From NCBI RefSeq assembly GCF_001194135.2, contig NC_069004.1, positions 8,663,334 through 8,727,333 of the forward strand: DNA of 64,000 bases. Direction: 5' to 3'. Below the pieces are notes generated by a model. The model did no database searches. It was not told the DNA's origin and was given only the letters and a program-made list of their open reading frames with translations. Positions 12,530 through 24,226 of this stretch are shown piece after piece. Made by a program: the position numbers and the translations under genes. The stretch is from Octopus bimaculoides. Its lineage: Eukaryota. Every line of letters starts with the position of its first letter. Position 1 is the first letter of the stretch.

Positions 12530-12655
12530 CTACGCAGGCTCTGCCAGTGTCGTCCATCTTGTAGCCAGAATCACAGATACAGCGATATCCCATATCTAAA
12601 TCTTCACAGGCACCATTCTGACAGGCATCAGGGTACATAGCACATTCATTAATAC
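12530..12655 (-). CDS. FBN: Fibrillin exon, cbEGF7 (126 bp)
   Basis: [42 protein letters not shown]; aaacag / gtgtgt. Confidence 0.94.
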
Positions 12656-13326
12656 CTGTTTGAAAATAGAAAATGTGTATGGTTCATCAATAAATTGTAG
12701 ATAAGATAGTGCTAATGCACTAACAAACTAACTAGCATTGATTAGATATCTTATAAGAAATAATTATGAGATGATAAAGAATATAAAAATTTTAAAAAAA
12801 ACAAAAAAATGAGTTAATCTTTTTTGGATCCTTTAAAAAATTTTTTTTCCTCAGTGTGCTAATAATTCCACCAGCTTGCCATCTTAATGATGATGATGAT
12901 AATAATAATAATAATAATAAAAATAATAAAAATAATAGAAGTACAGCTCCAGAAAACAGTGTTATTAGGGACAGCTAGGATACTTAGGAAGGTTCTTGGC
13001 ATCTAAGGTTACTTGTAGCTCAATGTTAGGAATTTTTCTTTTCCAACAGTCTAATCTGTTGAGCATATATGAAATAATAATGACGATAATAATAATAATA
13101 ATAATAATAAAGCATGAAAGCCAGAAAGCTGCTCTAGCAATGATCATGCTTGGAGAGTGCTGTGAGTGCTCCACTGGCATGGGTGCCGGTCATCGAATTT
13201 GGTTCAATTACGATTTCGATTTGTGTGTTAATTTATATTGACATAATGACTCTCCCTAGACATATAAAGAAACTTTTCATCAAAATAAGAAACAGAAAAA
13301 CTATGGCAAATTATTGTATTTCTTAC

Positions 13327-13536
13327 CTCCACCGTTTCCATCTTTCCCAGGTCCATGTGGACAGATTGTCTTGTACTCTCTATCATTAGGTTTGGGACAA
13401 ATCTCACAGGGGGTTCCCCAACCATTATTGGCATTATCTTCTGTACAACAGCATGTTGATTTGGTCATCGGACTGTAAGATGGGTTGCTACATTGACCAC
13501 GATGTACTTGGGTGTAGCAGAGTCCTCGTCGAGTAT
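13327..13536 (-). CDS. FBN: Fibrillin exon, TB2 complete (210 bp)
   Basis: DTRRGLCYTQVHRGQCSNPSYSPMTKSTCCCTEDNANNGWGTPCEICPKPNDREYKTICPHGPGKDGNGG; ccacag / gtaaga; 8 Cys. Confidence 0.95.
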
Positions 13537-14172
13537 CTGTGGGATGAAAAATATTTTCAACACGCTGTGCATTAGTACTCTACATACAAGGTGTGCAGGG
13601 CTTAGTAGCACTATTTTATGGTGTATGTGTATGTGAGTGCATGTGTGTGTGTGACTGTGTGTGTGTGTGTGTATTTGTGTGAGAGTGTGTATGTATGTAT
13701 GTATGTATGTATGTGTGAATATTTGTATGTGTATGTGTGAGAGTATGTGTGTGTATGTGTATGTATGTATGTATGTATGTATGTGTGTGTATGTGTGAAT
13801 ATGTGTGTATGTGCGTTTGTTTGTGAGTGTGTATGTGAGTAGGTAAAAGTGTGCCTGTATGTGTGTTTGTGTGATTGCGAGTGTGCGTATGTGTTGTGTG
13901 CATGTCTGCATGTGTATGTGTGTGTTTAAAGATTTGAAACGTTGGGTAGGCTTTATCTGTGTCTCACTTTATCATTCCTGATATTGTTGTAGCTGTTAAC
14001 ACTAATTCCTCACTCACCCACCACCACCACCACCACCACCAGTGCAACTATCACTTCTGTCACCACACTGTCATTTCTACCACTGCCACAACACTTTGAT
14101 GTGCTATTTTCTGTATGCTCAGTATATGCAAGTACTGGATACTTTGTTGTTGTTTTTATTATTATTATTATT

Positions 14173-14221
<49 letters not shown>

Positions 14222-14271
14222 TTGTTGTTGTTTTGATGTCGTCGTTGCTGTTGTTATTGTTAGCTACTTAC

Positions 14272-14397
14272 CTCTGCAGGTTTTGCCATCAGGTTGGAGG
14301 ATGTAACCCCTGTAACATTCACACTTGTAACTTCCTTGCGTGTTAATGCATTCTCCATTGGTGCAGAGATTGGGGTTGTTAACACACTCATTGACAT
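14272..14397 (-). CDS. FBN: Fibrillin exon, cbEGF6 position (126 bp)
   Basis: [42 protein letters not shown]; tgcag / gtaagt. Confidence 0.95.
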
Positions 14398-15213
14398 CTG
14401 CAATAATAAATGAGTCACATAGATACATACAAATACTGAAGGTAAAATAAGCTGAATATAGATAACACAGAGTGATGCTCAAATGGATGGGAACTTAAAT
14501 TCCAACCTTTTCATCTAGTGCCAGTGCCTCAGCATTGAAAGTTAACCATAAGAACAATCCTTATCAGGCTGTTACAGAGGTAATAAGGATAATATACAGG
14601 ATTAAGCTTGAGACATATATTTGCATGGAACACAAATTACAGATTACAGAATAAAAAGAAAAGAAAACAAAGCAGAAGAGAAGAATTATGTAAAGTCTTA
14701 TCTCGACAGCTGTTTCAAGAAGTAATATGAGCATGACTTCATAGGCTTGCATCAAGCAGCAAGCCTCAGCGAAGTTGTTAAAGTAAGTTATGTGTCACTT
14801 TGAAAAATAGGACATCATTAAATTATATTTGTATTCTGTAGCAGACTGCATCCTGGTTCAGAAAATAAAAGGCATGTCTGTGTTGGGAAATGGCTGGAGG
14901 ACTGCAGTGTGGACATACCATCCATGATTAAAGAAAAGAACCATTCTTAGCTGTCAAACATCATCAAGATGGCTGAATTCATCCAGCAAGTCTAGATTAT
15001 CATCAACAACCCTAGTGACTCAATGAGTGCCATCTCTAGGTACCTCAAAGGATTTCAGGTNNNNNNNNNNNNNNNNNNNNNNNNNNNNNNNNNNNNNNNN
15101 NNNNNNNNNNNNNNNNNNNNNNNNNNNNNNNNNNNNNNNNNNNNNNNNNNNNNNNNNNNNAAAAAATGACATTAGACATCCAGAGCGAAATTTGATGCCA
15201 ACAATTAACTTAC

Positions 15214-15339
15214 CAACACAAAACGCTCCATCGGGTGATAAACTGAAACCTCGTTTACATTCACAGTAATAACTACCAGGAGTATTGTGGCAGGCTCCGT
15301 TTAAGCAGAGTTTGCCATTGTTTACACATTCATTGATAT
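15214..15339 (-). CDS. FBN: Fibrillin exon, cbEGF5 position (126 bp)
   Basis: DINECVNNGKLCLNGACHNTPGSYYCECKRGFSLSPDGAFCV; tttcag / gtaagt. Confidence 0.95.
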
Positions 15340-15630
15340 CTGAAAGGAAAAAAAAATAATAAATTATGGGTGAGGTGGGAATATTTAAGACGTATGTGTT
15401 CATGGTGTATGTGGAGGGAGGATGTATGTACGTTCATGTGTGCGTGTAATTAAACATATACATACATACATACATGTATACATATGTACATATATAATAC
15501 ACACACACACGCACTCCACTCATATATATACACACACAAATACATAGAATAAATACATTTCCAATGTTATGATTGTAGTCAGGATGTAGATAGATTTATG
15601 GTACAATGGAAATTCATGGCTGGAACTTAC

Positions 15631-15753
15631 CATAACAGACTTGTTGATTTGGTGACTGTCGAAAGCCTGGGTTACATCGACACTTGTAGGAACCATTCAT
15701 ATTTTGGCAAACACCGTTTGGACACATATTTTCCTTTTCACATTCGTTCATAT
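15631..15753 (-). CDS. FBN: Fibrillin exon, cbEGF4 position (123 bp)
   Basis: DMNECEKENMCPNGVCQNMNGSYKCRCNPGFRQSPNQQVCY; aatcag / gtaagt. Confidence 0.95.
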
Positions 15754-15918
15754 CTGATTAAAAAGAGAGAAGTGGAAACCTTTAGAGAAATATTGCAGAA
15801 CGAAAACATACATGGGGCAGACCAAAAGTAAATTCCTTAACTTTTTAATATGAACAAATAATAAACTGAAACCAGAAGACTTTTAAAGAAATGACAATAA
15901 AAAACACAATAATAACTT

Positions 15919-16350
15919 TATTTACATTATTTACATTTGACGGATATTTGTCCTCATCTTGTTTGTTGTTAACACAACGTTTTGACTGATATACCCTCCA
16001 ACCTTCGTCAGGTGTCTTGGGGAAATTTCGAACCTAGGTTCTCATTCCTAACGATGTTACTATTATTATTATATTATTATTATTACTATTATTAATCAGG
16101 TTGCTGCCGTGAATCGAACTCGGAACCTTGGGGTTAGTAGCCCGCGCTCTTAACCACTACGCCATAATAATAGTAACATCGTTAGGAATGAGAACCCAGG
16201 TTCGAAATTTCCCCAAGACACCTGACGAAGGCTGGAGGGTATATCAGCCGAAACGTGTTAACAACAAACAAGATGAGGAGAAATATCCGTCAAATGTAAA
16301 TAATGTAAATAATGTAAATAATTCCTCATCTCTTAAATATAGAACTGTAT
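15919..16350 (-). mobile_element. tRNA-headed SINE-like element with hammerhead-motif tail plus inverted tail copy
   Basis: Head at 16097-16164 with GGCGTAGTGGTTAAG (A box) and GAGTTCGATTC (B box); tail at 15919-16062; inverted tail at 16165-16350 contains CTGACGA-A-GGCTG-loop-CAGCC-GAAAC. Confidence 0.75.
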
Positions 16351-16946
16351 TACAATAATAACTAAAAGAAGAAAATATCAATATGGAAAGATATTAATAT
16401 AAAACATAAATGCAATAAATCACATAAGGTAGTGAGCTGGCATAATTTTTCTGGCCTGGAAAAAGTGCTTTATGACAATTCTTCTGACTTTACATTCTCA
16501 GTTAAAATATTGCCAAGGTTAATTTTGCCTTTCATCCTTTTTTGGGTCCATAAAGTAAGTAAAAATTGAACACTCTCCCTTGAAACTGCTGGCCTTGATC
16601 CAAAATTTGAAACCAATAAATTATAGACATATATTCTGATATCATAGATTAAATATAAATACCCATTTCGAATTTTGGTACAAGGCCAGTAGTTTTGGAG
16701 AAGAGGGTAAGTTGATTGCATCAACCTCAGTATTTAACTGGTACCTATCTTATTGATCGGTACTTAATTTATTGACCCAAAGGAATAAAATGTAAAGATG
16801 ACTTCTGCAAAATTTGAACTCAGAATGTAAAGGCTGACGAAATGCTATTAAGCATTTTGTTTGATGTGCTAACAATTCTGCCAAGAAACTGCATAAATGC
16901 TTCACTGCAATCAGACATGACATCTGAGATTGGAATTTTAACTTAC

Positions 16947-17066
16947 CTGTACAAGTTCGTCCATCTTTGTCCAAGACAAACCCATCTGAGCAGGTGCAAA
17001 TAAAGCTTCCATCGGTGTTGGTACATTCACCACGTCTACATACATTGTTTAGACATTCATCAATGT
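16947..17066 (-). CDS. FBN: Fibrillin exon, cbEGF3 (120 bp)
   Basis: DIDECLNNVCRRGECTNTDGSFICTCSDGFVLDKDGRTCT; tttcag / gtaagt. Confidence 0.95.
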
Positions 17067-17113
17067 CTGAAATATAAATATACATTCATTAACATATTTA
17101 TGTCTCTGCTTGT

Positions 17114-17180
<67 letters not shown>

Positions 17181-17441
17181 CTTATCTATCTATAGGGAGA
17201 ATTCATAAAAAAACAACAGACGAAGACAGGTGGTGTAGTAAACAAACAGATGTATTAGTATAATGCTCGGGAATTGAAAAAGGCATGTCTGTCTTTCTAT
17301 TTGTCTATTTCTCTCTTTCTCTGTCTGTCTCTTCCTGTCTGTCTGTCTCTCCTTGTCTGTCTGTCACTCCCCGTCTGTCTGTTCCTCTCTGTCTGTCTGT
17401 CTGTCCCTCCCTGTCTGTCTGCCTGCCTGTCTATACATACA

Positions 17442-17473
<32 letters not shown>

Positions 17474-18036
17474 CATCATCCATCTATCTATGCCAATGAC
17501 ATGTAACTGGCATCTGTGAAATCACAGTTGTGGCTATTGCTGATACCATATAAATGGCACCTGTGAAATCGGAGTTGGACCGTCGCCCATGCCTTGTAAA
17601 TGGCACATGTGAATTTTAGTTGTAGTCATGGTCATTAATGATGCCATGTAAACAGCACCTGTGAATCATAGTTGTGCTCATTGCTGGTACCATGTAAAAG
17701 GTACCTGTGAATTGTCATGATTGTTGCTGGTGCCATGTAAATAGCACCGGTGAATGGTAGTTGCGGTCGTTGCTGCTGTCATGTAAACAGCACCCATGCT
17801 GGTGGCATGTAAAAGCACCCATTACACTCCTGGAGTGGTTGGTGTTAGGAAGGGCATCTCATTCAGCTATAGAAACCATGCCAAATCAGACTGGAACCTG
17901 GTGCAGCTCTCTGGCTCATCAGCTCCAGTCAAACCATCTAACCCATGCCAGCATCGAGAGTGGATGTTAAATGACGACGATGATGAAATAGACAAAAAAC
18001 AAAGAAACAAAAAACTATAAGAAGATTTTCCCGTAC

Positions 18037-18204
18037 CTATACACGATCCATTGACATTCTGGAAACCTGTATAGCACTGACATTTCCATTTTCTGCCAAC
18101 TCTATGGCATTGACCATTAAGACATGTTCCATGTCTTTGACAGCTTTCACCTGTTTTCCCAATCGTGAGGGGTTCTACAAGCTGGCAGAGAGTCAAGTAT
18201 TCGT
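18037..18204 (-). CDS. FBN: Fibrillin exon, TB1 end + short linker + EGF4 (168 bp)
   Basis: NEYLTLCQLVEPLTIGKTGESCQRHGTCLNGQCHRVGRKWKCQCYTGFQNVNGSCI; tttcag / gtacgg. Confidence 0.93.
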
Positions 18205-18816
18205 CTGAAACAAACAACAAAAAGAAAAAAAGAATAAACAAACACTCATAATTCGCTCTACAAAAGGTCAAAGACCTGCGGTTTTGGGAGAGGGGACTAG
18301 CTGACCCCAGTGCTTGACTAGTTAAATTGGCCCCACTGCTTGACTAATGGTACATATTGATGTGATTGACTCTTCCCCCTCCTACGGAATTGCTGGCCTT
18401 TTGCCAAAATTTGCAATTATTACTATAATTATTTAATTTTGTTCATATATTATTATAATTCTTCATTGTATTCATTAGTATTTTATTTATTTTAGTAAAT
18501 TTTAGAATAACTGAAGCATATCTTTGACAATTCCGGAACATGTTGAACTTATTTTGAGGATGGCTTTCAGCCCACCCAGAGTATATGTGTGTATATAACT
18601 ACATATATGTACATATATATATGTGTATACATATTTCATGTTGAGAACTTTTTAGGTCTTAATAGACACAAAATGTGATCTATTTCTAGCGCATTAATTG
18701 TCCACGTTAGTGGTCGACGTTATTTTTAAAATGTATACATATATGTATAGATCTCTTATTAAGTATGATACACATACAGAAAGTTCAATCTAACTGCTTC
18801 GGTTGCATATAATGAC

Positions 18817-18847
<31 letters not shown>

Positions 18848-19112
18848 ATGCACATATATATATATACATCTCACACAAAAATACNNNNNNNNNNCATTAC
18901 ATGGTCATATTGAATCCTCTTTGAATTTCTGATCTCCTTGATCTTCAATTCAAGAATCTTATACACATATACATAAAGATGTATGTATGCATGTGTGTGC
19001 ATATGTATACATATACATACATACATATGTATATATATATATATATATATACATATATATAAATAGAGAGATAAATGTATGTATAAATACACATACATAT
19101 ATACATACATAC

Positions 19113-19148
<36 letters not shown>

Positions 19149-20069
19149 ATGTATATATGTATATAAGCATATATTTATTCACATATGTGTATGTATACAC
19201 ACACATACACACATAAATATACATACACACACATGCATGAAAGATAAATTTAAAGTAGTTAAATTACAGTGTGATAGCTTTTTCTGTGAAATTAATTTAT
19301 CTTATGTTTCTAATACATGCTGCTGTGCATATATATATATATATATATATATACATACAGGCATACATACGTACATACACACATTCATACATCTGTATAT
19401 GTATATAACCTATCTGTAGATACGTGTATATGTTTGTGTTTGTGTATGTGTGTGTTTGTGTGTGTGTATAGTGTCAACGGTTTGATAAAATGTATCCTGC
19501 ACCACACAGACAGAAACTTTATGGAAGTTAATGGCGGATCCTATTTTTTTTTGTTAAAATGTATTTGGTAATCTAAGTAGATTCTAAGAACACAAGTGGA
19601 ATATGGTAAAATAAGCAGGGTTTGTGTTGAGATTTTAGAATGTTTCAACATAAAGAAAGTATTGTAACAGAAGGTGAACATGGTAACATTATTTTAGCAA
19701 TGAACTTCGTTAACTGTTTCCCTTTGATATATTAGATGCATGTTGTGGTGGTGGTGGTAGTGGTGGTGGTGATAGTAGAAAGCTGGAATTGACATCGTCA
19801 AAGTGTTCCAGATATGGAACAATTTCTGGAAAGTAGAAAAGGGTGGAAAGGGGATAGAGAGTCTTGAGTATGTGTGTGTGTGTGTGTGTGTTTGTGTATG
19901 TATGTGCGTGTGCTTGTGTTTGTGTGTGTGTGTGTATGTGTGCGTGCTGAATTTCTTTCATGAAGGAATGTATTCCTAGCTTTCCCTTTTGTTATTGTTT
20001 TAGTTTTCTGTTTCTCAAGAGCATGAGAGTGTTGCATCAATAATAATAACAACAATAACAATAATAATA

Positions 20070-20682
20070 ATTTCTACTATTGGCTTAATTTATTGACCCT
20101 GAAAGGAAGAAAGGCAAAGTCAACCGCGGTGGAATTTGAGCTCAGAACATATTGGCAGATGAAATGTCGCTAGGCACTTTGCCCTGTGTGCTAATGATTG
20201 TGCCATCTTGTTGCCTTAATAATAAAAATAATAATAATTATAGCAATAACAATAATAATCCTTTCTACTAAAGGCACAAGGCCTGAAATTTGAGGGTTGG
20301 GGACTGGTCAGTCATATCGACCCCAGGGTTTCACTGATACTTAATTTGTTGACCCTGAAAGAATGAAAAGCAAAATTGACCTCAGTAGAATTTGAACTCA
20401 GAACATAAAGATGGTTGAAACACCACTAAGCATTTTGCCCGGTATGCTAAATTAATAATAATAATAATCCTTTCTACTATAGTCATAAGGTCTGAAGTTT
20501 GAAGGTAGGGGACTGGTCGGTCATATTAACCCCAGTACTCAACTGGTACTTATTTTATTGAACCCAAAAGGATAAAAGGCAAAGTCAACCTCAGCAGAAT
20601 TTGAACTCAGAATGCAGAGGTGGATAAAATGCTGCTAAGCATTTTGCCTGGTGTGCTAACGATTCTCCCAGCTTGCCACATT
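20070..20682 (-). mobile_element. Cluster of three family A SINEs separated by (TAA)n
   Basis: Copies at about 20070-20218, 20258-20450 and 20468-20682, same orientation. Confidence 0.8.
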
Positions 20683-21543
20683 TAATAATAACAATAAATA
20701 TTTTTGGGTATGAAGGAGAGGATACATGTACACACAAGTTAGGAACAGTGAACCAGTAGACTGGTGATTTATTGGTAAAAGGATCTGAAGGGTTGTGGAG
20801 AAAAATGTGGGGGGGTTGGTAGGGGTAAGATGCGGTGAGGTGAGATGAGGGCATGAAACCCAATCATGGAACCCAGAGGTAAAATGAAAACTTTAAGAAA
20901 AACAAATGTTAAATCAATTAGAGATTTTAATTACTCCTGTAGTGACTAAGGGTCATTTTTTTTGTTAGATGGGAATTTTTGTNNNNNNNNNNNNNNNNNN
21001 NNNNNNNNNNNNNNNNNNNNNNNNNNNNNNNNNNNNNNNNNNNNNNNNNNNNNNNNNNNNNNNNNNNNNNNNNNNNNNNNNNNNNNNNNNNNNNNNNNNN
21101 NNNNNNNNNNNNNNNNNNNNNNNNNNNNNNNNNNNNNNNNNNNNNNNNNNNNNNNNNNNNNNNNNNNNNNNNNNNNNNNNNNNNNNNNNNNNNNNNNNNN
21201 NNNNNNNNNNNNNNNNNNNNNNNNNNNNNNNNNNNNNNNNNNNNNNNNNNNNNNNNNNNNNNNNNNNNNNNNNNNNNNNNNNNNNNNNNNNNNNNNNNNN
21301 NNNNNNNNNNNNNNNNNNNNNNNNNNNNNNNNNNNNNNNNNNNNNNNNNNNNNNNNNNNNNNNNNNNNNNNNNNNNNNNNNNNNNNNNNNNNNNNNNNNN
21401 NNNNNNNNNNNNNNNNNNNNNNNNNNNNNNNNNNNNNNNNNNNNNNNNNNNNNNNNNNNNNNNNNNNNNNNNNNNNNNNNNNNNNNNTATATATATATAT
21501 ATATATATATATACGTGTGTGTATGTGTGTGTGTATATATATG

Positions 21544-21578
<35 letters not shown>

Positions 21579-21924
21579 TCACACATGCACACTCACACAT
21601 ATATATATGCATATATATTCATATATATGTAACTTATATAGTAGATTTATACATACATATATATGTTTGCTTCAATATGTATGCTTCAATATGTGTTTGT
21701 ATGTGTGCTTCTGCAAATATGTATGTGAGTGTGTACATGCATATATACATACACACATAGATATATGTGCATATATATATGTATATATATATATATATAT
21801 TACAAAAACAACAAATGCAACAATAGGTGTTAGAGGCGAGATATACAATAAAAATAAGAAAAACCCCTACAAAACAAACAGTAAAAAAAGTAGATCAACA
21901 TAAATGTTGACAAAATAAGTTTAC

Positions 21925-22083
21925 TTGATTCTCTTAAAGGACAGATATGGCAAGTGTGTCTGTCTCCCCAACCATTGCCGCCATGTTTACAGCAACAGTC
22001 ACTCCTGGAGTATCTGGCATTTTGAATGGCACTAACACATTGGCTGTTTCTTATCTTGGTGAAACACAGATTCTTACGAACAG
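21925..22083 (-). CDS. FBN: Fibrillin exon, TB1 N-terminal part (159 bp)
   Basis: PVRKNLCFTKIRNSQCVSAIQNARYSRSDCCCKHGGNGWGDRHTCHICPLRES; ttccag / gtaaac. Confidence 0.94.
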
Positions 22084-22229
22084 CTGGAAGCAAGAAGGAA
22101 AAAAGATGTATATAAATATATGTGAATACACACACGCACACACAAGCATATACACACATATGCATACACTCACACAAACACACACATATGCATACATACA
22201 CACATACGAACACATATATGCATGTGTGT

Positions 22230-22265
<36 letters not shown>

Positions 22266-22463
22266 NNNNNNNNNNNNNNNNNNNNNNNNNNNNNNNNNNN
22301 NNNACACACACACACACACACACACACAACCACACTGTTCGTTATAAAATTATGCAACTTGTTAAAGTTAAATTCTTGGTGGATATTGGATATTGGATTT
22401 GATTGGAAAATTTGATGAAAATAATAGAAGAATTAAGATGAATGCTTATGGACAGATACTCAC

Positions 22464-22589
22464 GGACACATTGTGTTTTGGATGGACCATGCTCATAGCC
22501 ATTATGGCATTCACAGAAATAGCTTCCTTCTGTGTTAACACAGAGGCCATTCTGGCAGGCACCTCGTTGTTCTCCACATTCATTGATAT
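22464..22589 (-). CDS. FBN: Fibrillin exon, cbEGF2 (126 bp)
   Basis: [42 protein letters not shown]; ttccag / gtgagt. Confidence 0.95.
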
Positions 22590-23231
22590 CTGGAAAAAAC
22601 AAAGAAATATATAAATAAATAAAAATCCATTAAATTTATATTTTAACTCCATTTGTTGAAAACTACTACTTGCTTCACAAATATACTCACCCAAATGAAC
22701 AAGTATTGATGTGCTATTGTACCATAGTCCATTCAGACAACAGATTTGTTAAAGCAAACCTTCACCTAACACAAACTGTATGGCTGTGTGGTAAGAAACT
22801 TGCTTCCCAACCAAATGGTTCTGGGTTCAGTTCCACCGCATGATACCTTGGGCAAGCATCTACTATAGCCTTGGGCTGATCAAAGCCTTGTGGAGCTGTG
22901 CCCAGTTGAAGGCACTGAGGCAACAGGACACGAGATCAATAATGATGTATAGCAGGAAGCCTAGTTGTTATGCTTGTTAGAATAAAACTCACATCAGAGA
23001 TGAATGCTCAGAAGAACTGAAAAAAATTAAGCAAGAAAAAGAAAGAAACAAAAAGCAAAAATAAGTGAAAATCAACATAATGATCAGCAAACGCCCAGTT
23101 TCCAGGACACCATCAGCCAAAATTCAGGGGCTGGAAAGTGAAACCCCTTTTTACCATATATTAGGAATAGATGAATGAACCATTTGTTTTCTAGCAGGTT
23201 ATTATATTTGGTTATTTTTTTTTATACTTAC

Positions 23232-23353
23232 CTTCACAGAGATTGGTAAGAAGATTCTGTCTTTGACCTTCCCGGCATTCACAGACATAAGATCCAATAT
23301 TGTTGATACATCGACCACCAACGCATAAGCCTGGGATAGCTGTGCACTCATTG
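23232..23353 (-). CDS. FBN: Fibrillin exon, cbEGF1 (first ~4 nt and acceptor lost in the N gap)
   Basis: [40 protein letters not shown]; gtaagt donor; sequence runs into the gap at 23354. Confidence 0.93.
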
Positions 23354-23936
23354 NNNNNNNNNNNNNNNNNNNNNNNNNNNNNNNNNNNNNNNNNNNNNNN
23401 NNNNNNNNNNNNNNNNNNNNNNNNNNNNNNNNNNNNNNNNNNNNNNNNNNNNNNNNNNNNNNNNNNNNNNNNNNNNNNNNNNNNNNNNNNNNNNNNNNNN
23501 NNNNNNNNNNNNNNNNNNNNNNNNNNNNNNNNNNNNNNNNNNNNNNNNNNNNNNNNNNNNNNNNNNNNNNNNNNNNNNNNNNNNNNNNNNNNNNNNNNNN
23601 NNNNNNNNNNNNNNNNNNNNNNNNNNNNNNNNNNNNNNNNNNNNNNNNNNNNNNNNNNNNNNNNNNNNNNNNNNNNNNNNNNNNNNNNNNNNNNNNNNNN
23701 NNNNNNNNNNNNNNNNNNNNNNNNNNNNNNNNNNNNNNNNNNNNNNNNNNNNNNNNNNNNNNNNNNNNNNNNNNNNNNNNNNNNNNNNNNNNNNNNNNNN
23801 NNNNNNNNNNNNNNNNNNNNNNNNNNNNNNNNNNNNNNNNNNNNNNNNNNNNNNNNNNNNNNNNNNNNNNNNNNNNNNNNNNNNNNNNNNNNNNNNNNNN
23901 NNNNNNNNNNNNNNNNNNNNNNNNNNNNNNNNNNNN

Positions 23937-23970
<34 letters not shown>

Positions 23971-24226
23971 TTTACTTGTTTCAGTCATTAGACTGAGGCC
24001 ATGTGTGTGTGTGTGTATGTTTGTCCTTGTGTGGGCCCCTCAGAGCTACAGGTCCTCAGGCAGTGCCCGGTCGACCAACGGCTCAGTCTGCCCCTGATAC
24101 AAAACATCATAACTCATAGTACTGGCTCTGAATTCTAAAGAAAATCTATAGCTTATTACTTAAAAATGTGTTATATATAACAAGAAATGGAGAGAGAAAG
24201 CACTGAGTTGAAATTGAAAAATTTAC

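Noticed and set aside
19715-19825. In-frame 111-bp Pro-rich candidate exon (IVPYLEHFDDVNSSFLLSPPPLPPPPQHASNISKGN) with a good acceptor
   Set aside because: It would fall between TB1 Cys7 and Cys8, the donor (gttaac) is weak, and the prolines come from a (CCA)n microsatellite. It is not the vertebrate Pro-rich region unless junction reads show inclusion.
20962-21903. Very long ORFs containing X runs (also near 1.3-1.7, 23.4-23.9, 40.1-41.0 and 51.3-52.1 kb)
   Set aside because: Artefacts of N gaps lacking stop codons.
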